In this document: in pieces, positions 1 to 1,140 of the stretch
Numbering within the stretch: position 1 is the first letter of the stretch
Layout: each line of letters begins with the position of its first letter
Source of the DNA: Escherichia coli
Lineage (GTDB): Bacteria > Pseudomonadota > Gammaproteobacteria > Enterobacterales > Enterobacteriaceae
DNA length: 1,140 nt
NCBI RefSeq assembly: GCF_003334815.1
Contig: NZ_QOWO01000105.1
Reading direction: 5' to 3' (one strand)
The notes under the pieces: model-generated
The model's input: the letters and a program-made list of their open reading frames with translations, nothing else
Told to the model about the DNA's origin: nothing
Database searches by the model: none
Made by a program: the position numbers and the translations under genes

Positions 1-8
1 ATGTGCGA
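1..8 (-). ncRNA. RNA-OUT: 5' end (first 8 nt) of antisense RNA-OUT; the rest of the ~70-nt RNA lies upstream of the window
   Basis: The reverse complement of nt 1-8 (atgtgcga) is TCGCACAT, which matches the 5' end of RNA-OUT as I recall it (5'-UCGCACAU...). In IS10 the RNA-OUT 5' end is a few nt inside the transposase start codon and pairs with the RBS/AUG region of the transposase mRNA (RNA-IN). Only the complement of the start codon and the next 5 nt is visible here. Confidence 0.6.
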
Positions 9-1140
9 ACTCGATATTTTACACGACTCTCTTTACCAATTCTGCCCCGAATTACACTTAAAACGACTCAACAGCTTAACGTTGGCTTGCCACGCATTAC
101 TTGACTGTAAAACTCTCACTCTTACCGAACTTGGCCGTAACCTGCCAACCAAAGCGAGAACAAAACATAACATCAAACGAATCGACCGATTGTTAGGTAA
201 TCGTCACCTCCACAAAGAGCGACTCGCTGTATACCGTTGGCATGCTAGCTTTATCTGTTCGGGCAATACGATGCCCATTGTACTTGTTGACTGGTCTGAT
301 ATTCGTGAGCAAAAACGACTTATGGTATTGCGAGCTTCAGTCGCACTACACGGTCGTTCTGTTACTCTTTATGAGAAAGCGTTCCCGCTTTCAGAGCAAT
401 GTTCAAAGAAAGCTCATGACCAATTTCTAGCCGACCTTGCGAGCATTCTACCGAGTAACACCACACCGCTCATTGTCAGTGATGCTGGCTTTAAAGTGCC
501 ATGGTATAAATCCGTTGAGAAGCTGGGTTGGTACTGGTTAAGTCGAGTAAGAGGAAAAGTACAATATGCAGACCTAGGAGCGGAAAACTGGAAACCTATC
601 AGCAACTTACATGATATGTCATCTAGTCACTCAAAGACTTTAGGCTATAAGAGGCTGACTAAAAGCAATCCAATCTCATGCCAAATTCTATTGTATAAAT
701 CTCGCTCTAAAGGCCGAAAAAATCAGCGCTCGACACGGACTCATTGTCACCACCCGTCACCTAAAATCTACTCAGCGTCGGCAAAGGAGCCATGGGTTCT
801 AGCAACTAACTTACCTGTTGAAATTCGAACACCCAAACAACTTGTTAATATCTATTCGAAGCGAATGCAGATTGAAGAAACCTTCCGAGACTTGAAAAGT
901 CCTGCCTACGGACTAGGCCTACGCCATAGCCGAACGAGCAGCTCAGAGCGTTTTGATATCATGCTGCTAATCGCCCTGATGCTTCAACTAACATGTTGGC
1001 TTGCGGGCGTTCATGCTCAGAAACAAGGTTGGGACAAGCACTTCCAGGCTAACACAGTCAGAAATCGAAACGTACTCTCAACAGTTCGCTTAGGCATGGA
1101 AGTTTTGCGGCATTCTGGCTACACAATAACAAGGGAAGAC
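1..1140 (+). CDS. tnp: IS10/Tn10 transposase (IS4 family, DDE transposase), 3'-partial: codons 1-380 of an expected ~402
   Basis: Manual frame-1 translation from nt 1 gives 380 codons with no stop: MCELDILHDSLYQFCPELHLKRLNSLTLACHALLDCKTLTLTELGRNLPTKARTKHNIKRIDRLLGNRHLHKERLAVYRWHASFICSGNTMPIVLVDWSD...QIEETFRDLKSPAYGLGLRHS...GYTITRED. This matches the IS10 transposase as I recall it, with DDE residues at the expected positions (D97 nt 289-291 gac; D161 nt 481-483 gat; E292 nt 874-876 gaa) and the YREK signature Y285/R288/E292/K299. The frame is open to the last base, so the CDS is truncated by the window edge. Recognition is from memory, not a database search. The symbol tnp follows the Tn10 literature; this gene has no universally fixed symbol. 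Confidence 0.95.
   Translation, partial: MCELDILHDSLYQFCPELHLKRLNSLTLACHALLDCKTLTLTELGRNLPTKARTKHNIKRIDRLLGNRHLHKERLAVYRWHASFICSGNTMPIVLVDWSDIREQKRLMVLRASVALHGRSVTLYEKAFPLSEQCSKKAHDQFLADLASILPSNTTPLIVSDAGFKVPWYKSVEKLGWYWLSRVRGKVQYADLGAENWKPISNLHDMSSSHSKTLGYKRLTKSNPISCQILLYKSRSKGRKNQRSTRTHCHHPSPKIYSASAKEPWVLATNLPVEIRTPKQLVNIYSKRMQIEETFRDLKSPAYGLGLRHSRTSSSERFDIMLLIALMLQLTCWLAGVHAQKQGWDKHFQANTVRNRNVLSTVRLGMEVLRHSGYTITRED
9..45 (-). promoter_or_regulatory. pOUT: pOUT promoter region driving RNA-OUT (minus strand); -10-like hexamer TAAAAT at nt 16-21, -35 not confidently placed
   Basis: On the minus strand, nt 16-21 read TAAAAT (5 of 6 match to TATAAT), about 8 nt upstream of the inferred RNA-OUT start at nt 8. 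Candidate -35 hexamers on the minus strand are weak or mis-spaced: TTGGTA at nt 34-39 has only a 12-bp spacer, and AGAATT/CAGAAT at nt 38-44 has a 16-17 bp spacer but poor consensus match. The location agrees with the established position of pOUT just inside the 5' end of the transposase gene, firing outward. Confidence 0.55.
289..876 (+). other. Span containing the DDE catalytic triad codons (D97 nt 289-291, D161 nt 481-483, E292 nt 874-876) of the transposase
   Basis: The codons gac, gat and gaa are read directly in frame at these positions. Assignment as the catalytic triad follows established knowledge of Tn10/IS4-family transposases. E292 lies within the YREK-type motif Y285-x2-R288-x3-E292-x6-K299 (IYSKRMQIEETFRDLK). 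Confidence 0.8.

Larger units (their letters stand above)
1..1140 (+). mobile_element. Internal portion of insertion sequence IS10 (IS4 family); both termini lie outside the window
   Basis: The window is entirely transposase coding sequence. From established knowledge, IS10 is about 1.3 kb, with roughly 107 bp between the outside end and the transposase ATG and a short segment after the stop codon; none of that is present. IS10-Right and IS10-Left cannot be told apart without base-level comparison to references. Confidence 0.9.

Noticed and set aside
271-324. Internal in-frame ATG codons (M91 at nt 271-273, M108 at nt 322-324) as alternative starts
   Set aside because: The frame is open from nt 1 and the N-terminal 90 residues match the known transposase N-terminus, so there is no reason to prefer a downstream start.
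242-430. 62-aa + strand ORF from the track (frame 2), MLALSVRAIRCPLYLL...
   Set aside because: It lies entirely within the transposase CDS in a different frame, has no recognisable motif and no convincing RBS. A short alternate-frame ORF of this size is expected by chance inside a 1.1-kb gene.
414-605. 63-aa minus-strand ORF from the track, MLIGFQFSAPRSAYCTF...
   Set aside because: It is antisense to the transposase codons 138-202 with no recognisable features, and is most likely a chance antisense ORF. I am not aware of any established internal antisense protein in IS10, and the known antisense product (RNA-OUT) is a non-coding RNA at the 5' end, not here.
694-780. Basic, Ser/Thr/His-rich patch (KSRSKGRKNQRSTRTHCHHPSPK, residues ~233-255) as a possible separate DNA-binding or metal-binding module
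   Set aside because: It is part of the contiguous transposase reading frame and is present in the IS10 protein as I recall it. It may be a flexible linker or DNA-contact region, but nothing in the sequence alone supports a distinct function.
499-960. Short palindromes: CCATGG at 499-504 and 790-795, CCTAGG at 573-578, GATATC at 955-960
   Set aside because: These are 6-bp restriction-site-type palindromes expected by chance in 1.1 kb, with no extended stem or repeat structure suggesting a regulatory hairpin, terminator or binding site. No GATC (dam) site was found by eye in the window; the regulatory dam sites of IS10 lie at the element ends, outside it.
1-1140. Possibility that the window encodes a novel defence or other undescribed system, as the prompt suggests
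   Set aside because: Every base is accounted for by one transposase reading frame that I recognise as IS10 with its known antisense promoter. There is no additional gene, repeat array or unexplained non-coding segment to host another system.

Overview
The whole 1140-bp window is one uninterrupted + strand reading frame (frame 1, 380 sense codons, no stop) that I recognise from memory as the IS10 (Tn10) transposase of the IS4 family. It starts exactly at the ATG (codon 1 = nt 1-3) and runs off the 3' edge, so about the last 22 codons and the stop are missing. The DDE catalytic residues (D97, D161, E292) and the YREK signature (Y285, R288, E292, K299) are all present in frame. On the minus strand, the first 8 nt of the known antisense RNA-OUT and a sigma70-like -10 for its promoter pOUT sit at the 5' end of the window. 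I see no evidence of a novel or undescribed system: this is a well-characterised insertion sequence. Neither IS10 terminus is in the window, so the context (Tn10 composite transposon, solo IS10, or IS10 hopped into a clone from an E. coli host) cannot be determined. The two short ORFs in the supplied track are out-of-frame or antisense overlaps inside the transposase gene and are judged spurious; the track missed the real gene because it has no in-window stop.
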